IMG/VR virus record: IMGVR_UViG_3300044632_001218
Strand: one strand, 5' to 3'
Source: a virus
Length of the DNA stretch: 64,000 nucleotides
The notes beneath the pieces are model-generated. The model had not been told where the DNA came from, searched no databases, and was given only the letters and a program-made list of their open reading frames with translations. Each line of letters opens with the position of its first letter. Within the stretch, counting starts at the first letter, position 1. Shown piece after piece: positions 9,888-17,722 of this stretch. Both the position numbers and the translations under genes were made by a program.

Positions 9888-10985
9888 ATGCAGGAACAAC
9901 TTATTAGTTTGCTAAAGGAACAATTTGGTACTGAAATTGATGCTAATGCAGTCAAATCAGTGGCAAATCAAATGAACACTAGTTATGCTACAGCATCGAA
10001 GTATCTGCAAGCATATAAAACTAGTCGTGGTAAATGGAATCTGGAGGCAACAGTAAAAGAACTGGAAGACACCTATAACTCTCCTGCTGCAGAAGGAAAA
10101 GATACCATTTCTTCCCTTTTGTCAGTTGTCCAAAACCTCATTCCTAAGAAAGATGATACCTTCGTCAGCTTTGGTAACTTTAGTGATATTAAAAAAGTTG
10201 TTTCCTCTGGTCTATTCTATCCCACTTTTATTACTGGTCTTTCTGGTAATGGTAAAACCTTTGGTGTAGAGCAAACATGTGCACAGTTGGGTCGTGAACT
10301 GATTCGTGTCAATATTACTATTGAAACTGATGAGGATGACCTAATTGGTGGTTTTCGTCTTGTCAATGGCGAAACTGTATGGCACAATGGTCCTGTGGTT
10401 GAAGCAATGGAGCGTGGTGCAATTCTTCTTCTTGATGAGATTGACCTTGCTTCCAATAAAATCATGTGTCTTCAGTCAATTTTGGAGGGTAAGGGTGTCT
10501 TCCTGAAGAAAATTGGTAAGCATGTTACCCCTAAACAAGGGTTCAATGTGTTTGCTACTGCTAATACTAAAGGTAAAGGTTCTGATGATGGTAGGTTCAT
10601 TGGCACCAATGTGCTCAATGAGGCATTTCTTGAGAGGTTCCCTATTACCTTTGAGCAAGAGTATCCTACCATTAATGTTGAGACAAAAATCTTGACAAAA
10701 GTAGCAGAATCACTTAGTATTCCTATGGTTGGAGAGCACACTGATTTTATTAAACATCTGTGCACTTGGTCTGAGATTATTCGTAAGACCTTTGCAGATG
10801 GTGGTATTGATGAAGTCATTTCCACTCGTCGTCTTGTTCACATCATCAAAGCATATTCCATCTTTGGAAAAAAAGATAAGGCAATCAAAGTTTGTCTCAA
10901 TCGCTTTGATGATGAAACTAAAACAACTTTTGTTGAATTGTATGACAAGATTGATGCTGAGTTTCAGCAACAGGAAGGGGAGTAA
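9888..10985 (+). CDS. cobS: CobS-like MoxR-family AAA+ ATPase
   Basis: Walker A GLSGNGKT, Walker B LLLDEID, NEAFLERF; core gene of T4-like cyanophages. Confidence 0.9.
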   Translation: MQEQLISLLKEQFGTEIDANAVKSVANQMNTSYATASKYLQAYKTSRGKWNLEATVKELEDTYNSPAAEGKDTISSLLSVVQNLIPKKDDTFVSFGNFSDIKKVVSSGLFYPTFITGLSGNGKTFGVEQTCAQLGRELIRVNITIETDEDDLIGGFRLVNGETVWHNGPVVEAMERGAILLLDEIDLASNKIMCLQSILEGKGVFLKKIGKHVTPKQGFNVFATANTKGKGSDDGRFIGTNVLNEAFLERFPITFEQEYPTINVETKILTKVAESLSIPMVGEHTDFIKHLCTWSEIIRKTFADGGIDEVISTRRLVHIIKAYSIFGKKDKAIKVCLNRFDDETKTTFVELYDKIDAEFQQQEGE

Positions 10986-11031
10986 TCCCTTTCCTAAATA
11001 CATAACATCACCCCTATAATTATAAACTCCT

Positions 11032-11163
11032 ATGACTTCCCTTTTTCTCGAAAAAGATGCTGATACCATCTATGATGAATTAGAGGATAATAAATCAGAA
11101 GACATGGAAGATGAATATAGAGAGGATAGGATGGAACAAATGATTTCCAGATATGGTTATTGA
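11032..11163 (+). CDS. Small acidic hypothetical protein (43 aa)
   Basis: Manual ORF downstream of CTAAATA at 10994. Confidence 0.55.
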   Translation: MTSLFLEKDADTIYDELEDNKSEDMEDEYREDRMEQMISRYGY

Positions 11164-11174
11164 GGAGGTTTACT

Positions 11175-11315
11175 GTGATTCAAAACATAAAGGAAATCAT
11201 TTATACAGAGCATCATCAGGAGCTCAAAGAGTTTGCAGAATATCTTGGTGTTGATTACGAAGATTACTTAGAATTTCTGCATCCTGATGTTGACTTTGAT
11301 GATGTTTCAATGTAA
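11175..11315 (+). CDS. Small acidic protein (46 aa), paralog of 27912-28052
   Basis: GAGGAGG RBS, GTG start; EFAEYLGVDYEDY motif. Confidence 0.65.
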   Translation: MIQNIKEIIYTEHHQELKEFAEYLGVDYEDYLEFLHPDVDFDDVSM

Positions 11316-11342
11316 GATGTAGGGGTGGAAGGTTGCCCCACA

Positions 11343-11412
11343 GAGAGTGAAGCCAAAGGGTAAGGCACGTGGACAACACATTCAGTAGTTGGTTCGAATC
11401 CAACCACTCTCT
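11343..11412 (+). ncRNA. tRNA-like element with a collapsed anticodon arm
   Basis: 7-bp acceptor GAGAGTG/CACTCTC; T-arm GTTGG-TTCGAAT-CCAAC; D-arm GCC..GGC; no 5-bp/7-nt anticodon arm. Confidence 0.6.
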
Positions 11413-11495
11413 ACTTATGGGCATCAAAGGTCCAAACTTTGAATAAGTCCCACCCCCTCCATGCCTCTTAACAATGCACAAACAGGAGGGACTAT
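11413..11495 (+). ncRNA. Candidate structured RNA between the tRNA-like element and tRNA-Arg
   Basis: Stems ACTTAT/ATAAGT, TCAAAG/CTTTGA, CCCTCC/GGAGGG; alternative AGTCCC/GGGACT. Confidence 0.45.
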
Positions 11496-11568
11496 GCCCC
11501 GTTAGCTCAGGAGACAGAGCAATTCTCTTCTAAAGAATCGGTCGTGGGTGCAAATCCTACACGGGGTG
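11496..11568 (+). tRNA. trnR: tRNA-Arg(TCT)
   Basis: Cloverleaf; anticodon loop CTTCTAA; atypical T-loop TGCAAAT; no encoded CCA. Confidence 0.9.
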
Positions 11569-11579
11569 TTTGTTTTGAA

Positions 11580-11693
11580 CCTATTTCTTCATTTAGTGAT
11601 GATATAATGATAAGTGTGATAAACTCAAGAGAAAATCTAATGGCACTTTGTCCAAACTGCCATTGGGAATATGATCACAATTTACTAGATTAA
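11580..11693 (+). pseudogene. C-terminal remnant of an HNH endonuclease
   Basis: PISSFSDD...NSRENLMALCPNCHWEYDH; upstream the frame runs into the tRNA, so no N-terminus. Confidence 0.6.
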
Positions 11694-11695
11694 TT

Positions 11696-11854
11696 ATGAA
11701 ATCAAAAGATTGGTGGGTAAGTCAGAATGAAGAGTGGGCAGTAATTCCTTATTGTAATAAGTATATGTTGATATATAAAGGACAGCAAATATCAGTTCAC
11801 AATACAATAGAAACTGCCAAAAAAATTGCACTGAAGGAGTCTAAAAAGAAATGA
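11696..11854 (+). CDS. Hypothetical protein (52 aa)
   Basis: Manual ORF; ATGA overlap with next gene. Confidence 0.6.
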   Translation: MKSKDWWVSQNEEWAVIPYCNKYMLIYKGQQISVHNTIETAKKIALKESKKK

Positions 11855-12111
11855 GTATCTTGAGCATTGAAAGTATTAGTCTTGATGATGATGGATCTGT
11901 TTATGTAACTGCTGTAGTTGAAGATGCAGTTGAAACTTATGCGCCAACTTTCTATGATCCTGCTGAGTATGGTCCTGGATTGTGTGAGGCAAGTTTTACT
12001 TTTGAGGAAGAACAAACTTTTCCAGATAATGATGAAGAACTAATTAAACTTCTGGAAGAACTTGACTTAGAGTGGAATTTGGTGGATAATAGTGATTACT
12101 ACCTTGATTGA
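11851..12111 (+). CDS. Acidic hypothetical protein
   Basis: ORF track; very D/E-rich. Confidence 0.75.
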   Translation: MSILSIESISLDDDGSVYVTAVVEDAVETYAPTFYDPAEYGPGLCEASFTFEEEQTFPDNDEELIKLLEELDLEWNLVDNSDYYLD

Positions 12112-12113
12112 AT

Positions 12114-13142
12114 ATGACTAAAAGAGTTCTTATTACTGGTGGTGCAGGATTTATTGCTCACCACCTTATTGGATACATTCTCAAAGAAACTGACTGGGAT
12201 GTTGTAACTCTAGACAGACTTGACTATAGTGGAAATCTTAATAGATTGAATGACATTCTTTCTGATTTTACAGCAGATGATCGTAAACGTGTAAAAGTTG
12301 TATTCCATGACCTTAAAGCAGAACTCAATCCTCTCATTAAATCAGAAATTGGTAAAGTTGATTACATTCTTCATCTTGCTGCTGGTTCTCATGTAGATCG
12401 CAGTATTGAGTATCCTATGGAGTTTGTTCTTGATAATGTTGTGGCAACCTGTAACATTCTAGAGTTTGCAAGAACACAGAAAGACAACCTAGAAAGATTC
12501 ATTTACTTCAGCACTGATGAAGTATTTGGTCCTGCTCCAGATGGAATCAAATACAAAGAGAATGATAGATATAATTCTACTAACCCATACAGTGCAACCA
12601 AGGCAGGAGGTGAAGAACTTGCTGTAGCATATGAGAATACTTATGGACTTCCCATTTATATTACTCATACTATGAATGTATTTGGAGAGCGTCAGCATCC
12701 AGAGAAGTACATTCCTATGTGCATCAAGAAGTCTAGAGATGGTGAAAAAGTAACCATTCATAGTGACTCAACTTGTACAATTCCTGGGTCTAGACATTAC
12801 ATCCATGCTGAGGATGTTGCTAGTGCAATTCTATTCCTTCTGAACTATCAAGGTAGTCTTGAATATACCTATGGTGGTGCTAAGTGTCCTAAATTCAACA
12901 TTGTTGGTTCAGAAGAACTAAACAACCTTGAACTTGCACAAATCATTGCAGAGGCACAAGGCAAAGAACTTAATTATGAATTGATTGACTTCCATTCCTC
13001 ACGACCAGGACATGACCTTAGGTATGCACTTGATGGTGATAAGATGAGAGAAATGGGTTGGGAACCTGCCAAGTCAGTTAGAGAAAGAATTGCAGATGTA
13101 ACTAATTGGACCTTGGAAAATGAAAGGTGGATTACAATTTAA
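12114..13142 (+). CDS. rmlB: NAD-dependent nucleotide-sugar dehydratase, dTDP-glucose 4,6-dehydratase-like
   Basis: GGAGFIA Rossmann motif, HLAAGSHVDRS, STDEV, YSATK, RPGHDLRYALD. Confidence 0.85.
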   Translation: MTKRVLITGGAGFIAHHLIGYILKETDWDVVTLDRLDYSGNLNRLNDILSDFTADDRKRVKVVFHDLKAELNPLIKSEIGKVDYILHLAAGSHVDRSIEYPMEFVLDNVVATCNILEFARTQKDNLERFIYFSTDEVFGPAPDGIKYKENDRYNSTNPYSATKAGGEELAVAYENTYGLPIYITHTMNVFGERQHPEKYIPMCIKKSRDGEKVTIHSDSTCTIPGSRHYIHAEDVASAILFLLNYQGSLEYTYGGAKCPKFNIVGSEELNNLELAQIIAEAQGKELNYELIDFHSSRPGHDLRYALDGDKMREMGWEPAKSVRERIADVTNWTLENERWITI

Positions 13143-13170
13143 CTAGATAGTAAATAAATTTTGGAGGTGT

Positions 13171-13335
13171 ATGACTCCTCTATTTCTCACAACAATTATA
13201 TCTTGCACACAAGCAGTTGGAATAATACACAAACTTACAAATGTTGTGGGATTAACTGAAATTCAGAAAAAAGAAATTTTAGTTGAGATCAAAAAAATTA
13301 TTCCATCCTGTCCAGTAAAAATAGAAAATAAATGA
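13171..13335 (+). CDS. Hypothetical protein (54 aa)
   Basis: GGAGG RBS; manual ORF. Confidence 0.65.
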   Translation: MTPLFLTTIISCTQAVGIIHKLTNVVGLTEIQKKEILVEIKKIIPSCPVKIENK

Positions 13336-13592
13336 ACACCTACTATTACACACTATTCATAGCATTTACTGTTGTTGCAGTAATGATGATTGTAGATCAA
13401 AATGTAGGTGATTATCTTTTACTTGTTTTTAAAATTATTAAACTAAATTTTGAAAGGATGATCTGGATTATTAGATTTCATCCTTTCTGGATTAGTAATC
13501 CTATTGGCAAATGGTGGATGATGAGAAAATACATGAGGACAGTTGAGCAACTGGCACAACAACTTTCTCAAAAGCAGGATGATGCTGTATAA
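13332..13592 (+). CDS. Hypothetical membrane protein
   Basis: N-terminal hydrophobic helix. Confidence 0.7.
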   Translation: MNTYYYTLFIAFTVVAVMMIVDQNVGDYLLLVFKIIKLNFERMIWIIRFHPFWISNPIGKWWMMRKYMRTVEQLAQQLSQKQDDAV

Positions 13593-13616
13593 TAGAGCAT
13601 ATTCATCAACAGGTGC

Positions 13617-14153
13617 ATGACCTACACAGCAAAAATCACTCTTAAGTTTGATTCTATCTGGGATTTTAAAGGTGGAATCTATGATGATGAAATTCTTCCC
13701 GAGCAACATATTACTATGGAAGTTCCTGCAGAAGATCTAAACACTACACAGTTGTTTAAATTGTGGGAAAATTTTCTTCAAGCAATGGGACATAATGAAG
13801 TTGGCATTATGAAAGGTGCTTGTTATGTTGCTTTCAATGATATGCGCAGTGATGAAAACATGCGCAAGATTGCTAATGAGTTTGATATCAAAATGATGGA
13901 AGATCATTATGAAATTGTTGCTGAACTGCAAGAAGAAATTAGTAAACTTAAAGCAAAGATTTTTAAACTTGAGCAACCTGATAATGATACAGACATTTAT
14001 GATGAACAGTATGGTGTCTGGAATGGTTTAGTTCCTGGTACAGATGAAGCATATGCAAAAGGTTGCAAGTGTCCAATTCTTGACAATCAAGACATGCCTG
14101 CTAGTAAGAAATGGGTGAATGGTGATTGTCCTCTTCATGGTAAAGTAAAATGA
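13617..14153 (+). CDS. Hypothetical protein with C-terminal Cys/His module
   Basis: PGTDEAYAKGCKCP..DN...DCPLHG. Confidence 0.75.
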   Translation: MTYTAKITLKFDSIWDFKGGIYDDEILPEQHITMEVPAEDLNTTQLFKLWENFLQAMGHNEVGIMKGACYVAFNDMRSDENMRKIANEFDIKMMEDHYEIVAELQEEISKLKAKIFKLEQPDNDTDIYDEQYGVWNGLVPGTDEAYAKGCKCPILDNQDMPASKKWVNGDCPLHGKVK

Positions 14154-14404
14154 AAAAAACAACTAACACAGAAGATTCTACAACTTTTCCTCATACACAA
14201 TTTCCATTCAAAATTGTGCACATGGAGGGGAAAGATATGATGGACAAAAAGATTTGCTATTTTCAATCTCAAGATCATGCAGATAAGTACATAACAAAGT
14301 CAAAGTTTAAATCTAGAGATTATCAACTCTATATCAAACCTGGAACTGATGTAACTAGCACCAGTCATCCAATTAAAAAGAAAACAAGGAAAAGCACAAA
14401 GTGA
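14150..14404 (+). CDS. Hypothetical protein
   Basis: ORF track; coupled starts and stops. Confidence 0.7.
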   Translation: MKKTTNTEDSTTFPHTQFPFKIVHMEGKDMMDKKICYFQSQDHADKYITKSKFKSRDYQLYIKPGTDVTSTSHPIKKKTRKSTK

Positions 14405-14553
14405 ATAGTTATCATGTATTAGATCCAACAACTCCTTGGTATGAATGGTTATGTTATTGTGAGATCTGCTACCAATTAAATGTTCTCAATCAACCAAGTG
14501 TTGGTAGATTTATGAGATATAGAAATTATCTAAAAGAAATAGGAGTTTTGTAA
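14401..14553 (+). CDS. Hypothetical protein (50 aa)
   Basis: GTG start overlapping previous stop; DPTTPWYEWLCYCEIC. Confidence 0.6.
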   Translation: MNSYHVLDPTTPWYEWLCYCEICYQLNVLNQPSVGRFMRYRNYLKEIGVL

Positions 14554-14780
14554 TGAGTGACCCAAATTGGTTTCAAAAAAAATGGGGAACGCCAGAAGTA
14601 CCTACTGATATTTTATTCAGAAAAATTGAAGAACTTGAGCAAAGGATAATAAAGTTAGAAGAAGAAAATGTAGAAACTACAAACACTCTCTATGAAATTA
14701 TGCATTCAGTAGATGCAGTTGATGCTCGTATAGATATTGTTGCAGAGAATCCATGGAAGGAACAATTTGATAATGTATGA
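14553..14780 (+). CDS. Hypothetical coiled-coil protein
   Basis: ORF track. Confidence 0.7.
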   Translation: MSDPNWFQKKWGTPEVPTDILFRKIEELEQRIIKLEEENVETTNTLYEIMHSVDAVDARIDIVAENPWKEQFDNV

Positions 14781-14970
14781 AACCCTCACAGAATTCGAGA
14801 GAGCACTTGCCCGTTTTGGTGATAAAGTGGGTCTCATTGCAGGACTTGAAATTGCAGATAAGATCTCGCCAGAAGATGCTTATCAGCAAATCAAGGAACT
14901 TTACAAAGAACTTAAGAGCCTCCGTAAAAAAGAAAAATCTGAATGGGATGGAGACTATTACCCAAACTAG
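14773..14970 (+). CDS. Hypothetical protein
   Basis: MYETLTEFERALARFGDKV; in-frame ATG inside the track ORF. Confidence 0.7.
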   Translation: MYETLTEFERALARFGDKVGLIAGLEIADKISPEDAYQQIKELYKELKSLRKKEKSEWDGDYYPN

Positions 14971-15094
14971 GATTTGTTCTAAATGTAAAGAAGAAAAACC
15001 ACTTGACAAAGAACATTATCAGGTGGTAAAACAATTTAAATCTGGATTTTCTTATTACTGCAATGAATGTAACAAACCAAAACCAAAAGATTGA
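14948..15094 (+). CDS. Small zinc-finger protein (48 aa)
   Basis: CSKC...CNEC. Confidence 0.6.
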   Translation: METITQTRICSKCKEEKPLDKEHYQVVKQFKSGFSYYCNECNKPKPKD

Positions 15095-15254
15095 TGATGG
15101 TCTCAAAGTAATTGAAAATGCTGATGGTACATTTACTATAGAGTGGGATCCTTGTGACAGTAGATGGAGTGTCCTCAATGGACTGACATCAGAAGAGATT
15201 GGTGCTATGATTATGGAACAAGTCAAACTTTACTTGAAAGAACAAAATGCCTAG
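15063..15254 (+). CDS. Hypothetical protein
   Basis: ORF track. Confidence 0.6.
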   Translation: MNVTNQNQKIDDGLKVIENADGTFTIEWDPCDSRWSVLNGLTSEEIGAMIMEQVKLYLKEQNA

Positions 15255-15753
15255 CAAAATGTGGACAGCGATGAATGATGTTGATGCAGTAACATCTAAG
15301 ATTTGTTCTGCCCGTGAAATTCTTGATTGTGCAATAGATAGACTTCAAGAACATCAATATGATAAAGTTGAACAATTGATGTATGCTGTAGATGAGTTTC
15401 TTCAGTATTATCTTGCAGAGTTTGATGAGAAGTTCAAACTTGCTTGGCAAGAAACTGTAGTCAAACAGAAAGAAGAAGAGGAAGACCATTGTATGCCTCC
15501 TTGGGGACATAGTGATATGGAGTATCTCATTAAAAATAAGAAAGATAAAGTCATTAAGTGGCAACTTCCTGTTGATAAGATTGAAAATGGTGATACCGGA
15601 GAAGATGAATACTTCATCATATTCCCTGATGACCTATTGGAAGCAGCAAACCTAAAACCAGGAGATAATGTGGAATGGGTTGATAACAAGGATGGAACTT
15701 ATACTCTTCGTCATGTAACAATGACTAATACCCTCAAAAAGGCTGGGAGTTGA
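15247..15753 (+). CDS. Hypothetical protein with C-terminal AbrB/MazE-like swapped-hairpin domain
   Basis: YFIIFPDDLLEAANLKPGDNVEWVDNKDGTYTLR resembles the AbrB consensus. Confidence 0.6.
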   Translation: MPSKMWTAMNDVDAVTSKICSAREILDCAIDRLQEHQYDKVEQLMYAVDEFLQYYLAEFDEKFKLAWQETVVKQKEEEEDHCMPPWGHSDMEYLIKNKKDKVIKWQLPVDKIENGDTGEDEYFIIFPDDLLEAANLKPGDNVEWVDNKDGTYTLRHVTMTNTLKKAGS

Positions 15754-15935
15754 TGAGAACCATTCAAACCTGTGGGTCTTCTAATCCAGATGAAGATGAG
15801 TATTCGCTAACAATTGCATTTGAAAAGCAATCTATTACCTTAGATGGACTTTCTAGGGAAGATATGTTACGATTGCAATCGTGCATTGATTGTATGCTAA
15901 TGGAGGATGAAAATGGCATTGGGACAACAAGTTGA
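15753..15935 (+). CDS. Hypothetical protein
   Basis: ORF track. Confidence 0.6.
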   Translation: MRTIQTCGSSNPDEDEYSLTIAFEKQSITLDGLSREDMLRLQSCIDCMLMEDENGIGTTS

Positions 15936-16131
15936 AGAATCACTTAAAGAAGCAGAGTCAAACCTAAGAAATGCACTTGCTTATGCATCAAGAACTGAAC
16001 GTCCTATGGTAGTTTCTGTGATTGCAGATTTGATTAGTAGGATTGATAGTGTCATTCATACTGATGCTCTTTTGGATAAGTTAGAAAACAGAAAGGAGGG
16101 TGATCGTGGAATCTGGGGACCATTTGGATAA
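15913..16131 (+). CDS. Hypothetical protein
   Basis: MALGQQVEESLKEAESNLRNALAYA. Confidence 0.7.
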   Translation: MALGQQVEESLKEAESNLRNALAYASRTERPMVVSVIADLISRIDSVIHTDALLDKLENRKEGDRGIWGPFG

Positions 16132-16489
16132 ACAAACAAATGAATTTGGTAAGGCACTACAAGATTGGTGGGACTCTGATGCCTGTAAACAAATGCAAAA
16201 AGCAAATGAAGAAGCAAAGCACCGTGCTGTAGGAAAGTATTTTATGCTTTCTGAAGAAGATAAACTTGATATGGTTCAGGCAATCTGTTATATTATGTGT
16301 AAGGCAGAAAGTGAAGGAACATCTCATCGTGGTCTATTGAATGAACTGGGAATCTATCCTTCTGGTTTCTGGGTAGACCATCTTATGGAAGTTCACAATG
16401 CTCTGTGGTCTTATTATCATGATAAGAAACAAGAACAAGATCTCAAAGATGACTTAGATGCCCTTGATAATTTTATGAAGAAATCTTAA
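16100..16489 (+). CDS. Hypothetical protein (start uncertain)
   Basis: ORF track. Confidence 0.7.
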   Translation: MIVESGDHLDKQTNEFGKALQDWWDSDACKQMQKANEEAKHRAVGKYFMLSEEDKLDMVQAICYIMCKAESEGTSHRGLLNELGIYPSGFWVDHLMEVHNALWSYYHDKKQEQDLKDDLDALDNFMKKS

Positions 16490-16567
16490 GTGATTTCGAA
16501 GAAACCCTTAAGAAAACAATCATTGGATAGATAGTGTGTTAGGATTTGAAGATAATTGTAGAGAACT

Positions 16568-16753
16568 ATGACTCACTCAAGATCCACAGAAAAAGACCTT
16601 ACAATTGAAGAATGGAACGAAATGATAGCACTCAAAGATGCTATAAACATCAATCCTGCTACTGTCCATCCTGATAAAATGGAACTTTTTACATCATTGT
16701 TAGTTAAATCATTAGAAGGAAAAGGTGATGACCAACCCCCAAACATTCAGTGA
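16568..16753 (+). CDS. Hypothetical protein
   Basis: ORF track. Confidence 0.65.
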   Translation: MTHSRSTEKDLTIEEWNEMIALKDAININPATVHPDKMELFTSLLVKSLEGKGDDQPPNIQ

Positions 16754-16757
16754 GAAA

Positions 16758-16892
16758 ATGCTCATATCATATAAAAATATGGAGGGAAGAATTGTATTTG
16801 TGGATAATCAATATTTTACCTTCACTCCAAATGGTAGCAGTGCTCTCCTTTTAGTGTATAGACAAGATTGGAACACTGTGACAGTTCTGTAA
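16758..16892 (+). CDS. Hypothetical protein (44 aa)
   Basis: Manual ORF; stop lies inside the P3 palindrome. Confidence 0.45.
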   Translation: MLISYKNMEGRIVFVDNQYFTFTPNGSSALLLVYRQDWNTVTVL

Positions 16893-16946
16893 GTGGCACA
16901 AACCCCTTGACTTTCCTCCCCAAACCTGCTATTATTACTAGGTAAT
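16878..16946 (+). promoter_or_regulatory. Early promoter cassette P3 (with -35)
   Basis: GTGACAGTTCTGTAAGTGGCAC; TTGACT-17-TATTAT. Confidence 0.85.
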
Positions 16947-16959
16947 CAATCAAAAGCAC

Positions 16960-17190
16960 ATGTCTGTTACTGCTATTCTTGCTGTTGAATCTTCTGCTAT
17001 TTCTCAAGTTTCCTTTGACTATGATGAAATGCAAGTTGGAGTGACTTATAAGAGCAATCCTGATAAGTCTTATGTGTTCTCTTGCCAAAATCCTATTGAT
17101 GTTGAGGATCAAATTCGTACTGCTGAGAGTGTTGGTAAACTGATCTCACAACTGAAGAACAATAAAGTTCTTGTTCCTATTCAGATGTGA
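16960..17190 (+). CDS. KTSC-domain-like protein
   Basis: SSAISQVSFD...VGVTYKS...YVF...TAESVG pattern. Confidence 0.6.
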   Translation: MSVTAILAVESSAISQVSFDYDEMQVGVTYKSNPDKSYVFSCQNPIDVEDQIRTAESVGKLISQLKNNKVLVPIQM

Positions 17191-17200
17191 TACATAATTA

Positions 17201-17255
17201 GATAGAGGTTAAGTCCCTGTTATATCCTTATGAGGTATATCACACTTAACCCATC
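17201..17255 (+). ncRNA. Long imperfect hairpin upstream of tRNA-Ser
   Basis: GGTTAAGT/ACTTAACC plus inner ATA/TAT and CCT/AGG stems. Confidence 0.4.
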
Positions 17256-17258
17256 ATT

Positions 17259-17341
17259 GGAAGGAGTCCGGTTGGTCGAGGACACCGCCTTGAAAGCGGC
17301 TGGGTGTAAAAACTTCGCAGGTTCGATTCCTGTTCCTTCCG
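17259..17341 (+). tRNA. trnS: tRNA-Ser(TGA)
   Basis: GGAAGGA/TCCTTCC acceptor; loop CTTGAAA; long variable arm. Confidence 0.9.
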
Positions 17342-17565
17342 TTGATACTCGCTAGGCACATAGCCTAGAAGGAGATCAACCTTACTGAAAGTGTTATTGA
17401 TGCCTGTGGGGAGTCAATAACTTACTTCAGTATTGTACACCTTCTATCATAGCGCCTGGAGATAAACTTGTCTGCTTGATAGTCGTAAGGGGTACAACCA
17501 GGAAAGTTGTATTAAATAAAGAGTCCCCTAGGCCACATCGTAGATTATCGTAGGTGGACACTCTT
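17341..17565 (+). ncRNA. About 225-nt multi-stem structured RNA between tRNA-Ser and tRNA-Val
   Basis: Four stem domains and a CCTGG/CCAGG pseudoknot candidate; no + strand ORF. Confidence 0.65.
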
Positions 17566-17575
17566 GCCCCTTTTT

Positions 17576-17651
17576 GGGAGATTAACTCAGTGGTTAGAGT
17601 GTCTGCTTTACACGCAGAAAGTCCACAGTTCGAATCTGTGATTTCCCACCA
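17576..17651 (+). tRNA. trnV: tRNA-Val(TAC), CCA encoded
   Basis: Cloverleaf; loop TTTACAC. Confidence 0.95.
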
Positions 17652-17722
17652 CGGGGCGTAGTATAGTGGTAGAATGCTGCTTTTGGGAAGCAGAGGTGCA
17701 AGTTCGATTCTTGCCGCCCCGA
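17652..17722 (+). tRNA. trnP: tRNA-Pro(TGG)
   Basis: Cloverleaf; loop TTTGGGA; abuts tRNA-Val with no spacer. Confidence 0.95.

Noticed and set aside
9888-10985. Cobalamin biosynthesis role for cobS/cobT-like genes
   Set aside because: No cobN or other B12 genes here; motifs support only a generic MoxR/vWA pair
11343-11412. Functional tRNA with an assignable anticodon (including tRNA-Sec)
   Set aside because: No 7-nt loop on a 5-bp stem can be drawn, and there is no extended acceptor or long variable arm
16799-16807. Isolated canonical DnaA box (TGTGGATAA)
   Set aside because: A single 9-mer inside a small ORF is compatible with chance in 64 kb of AT-rich DNA
17341-17565. Hammerhead ribozyme, tmRNA or group I intron
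   Set aside because: CTGAAAG lacks the CUGANGA/GAAA core geometry; no tRNA-like ends or tag ORF; no interrupted exon or P7 motif recognised
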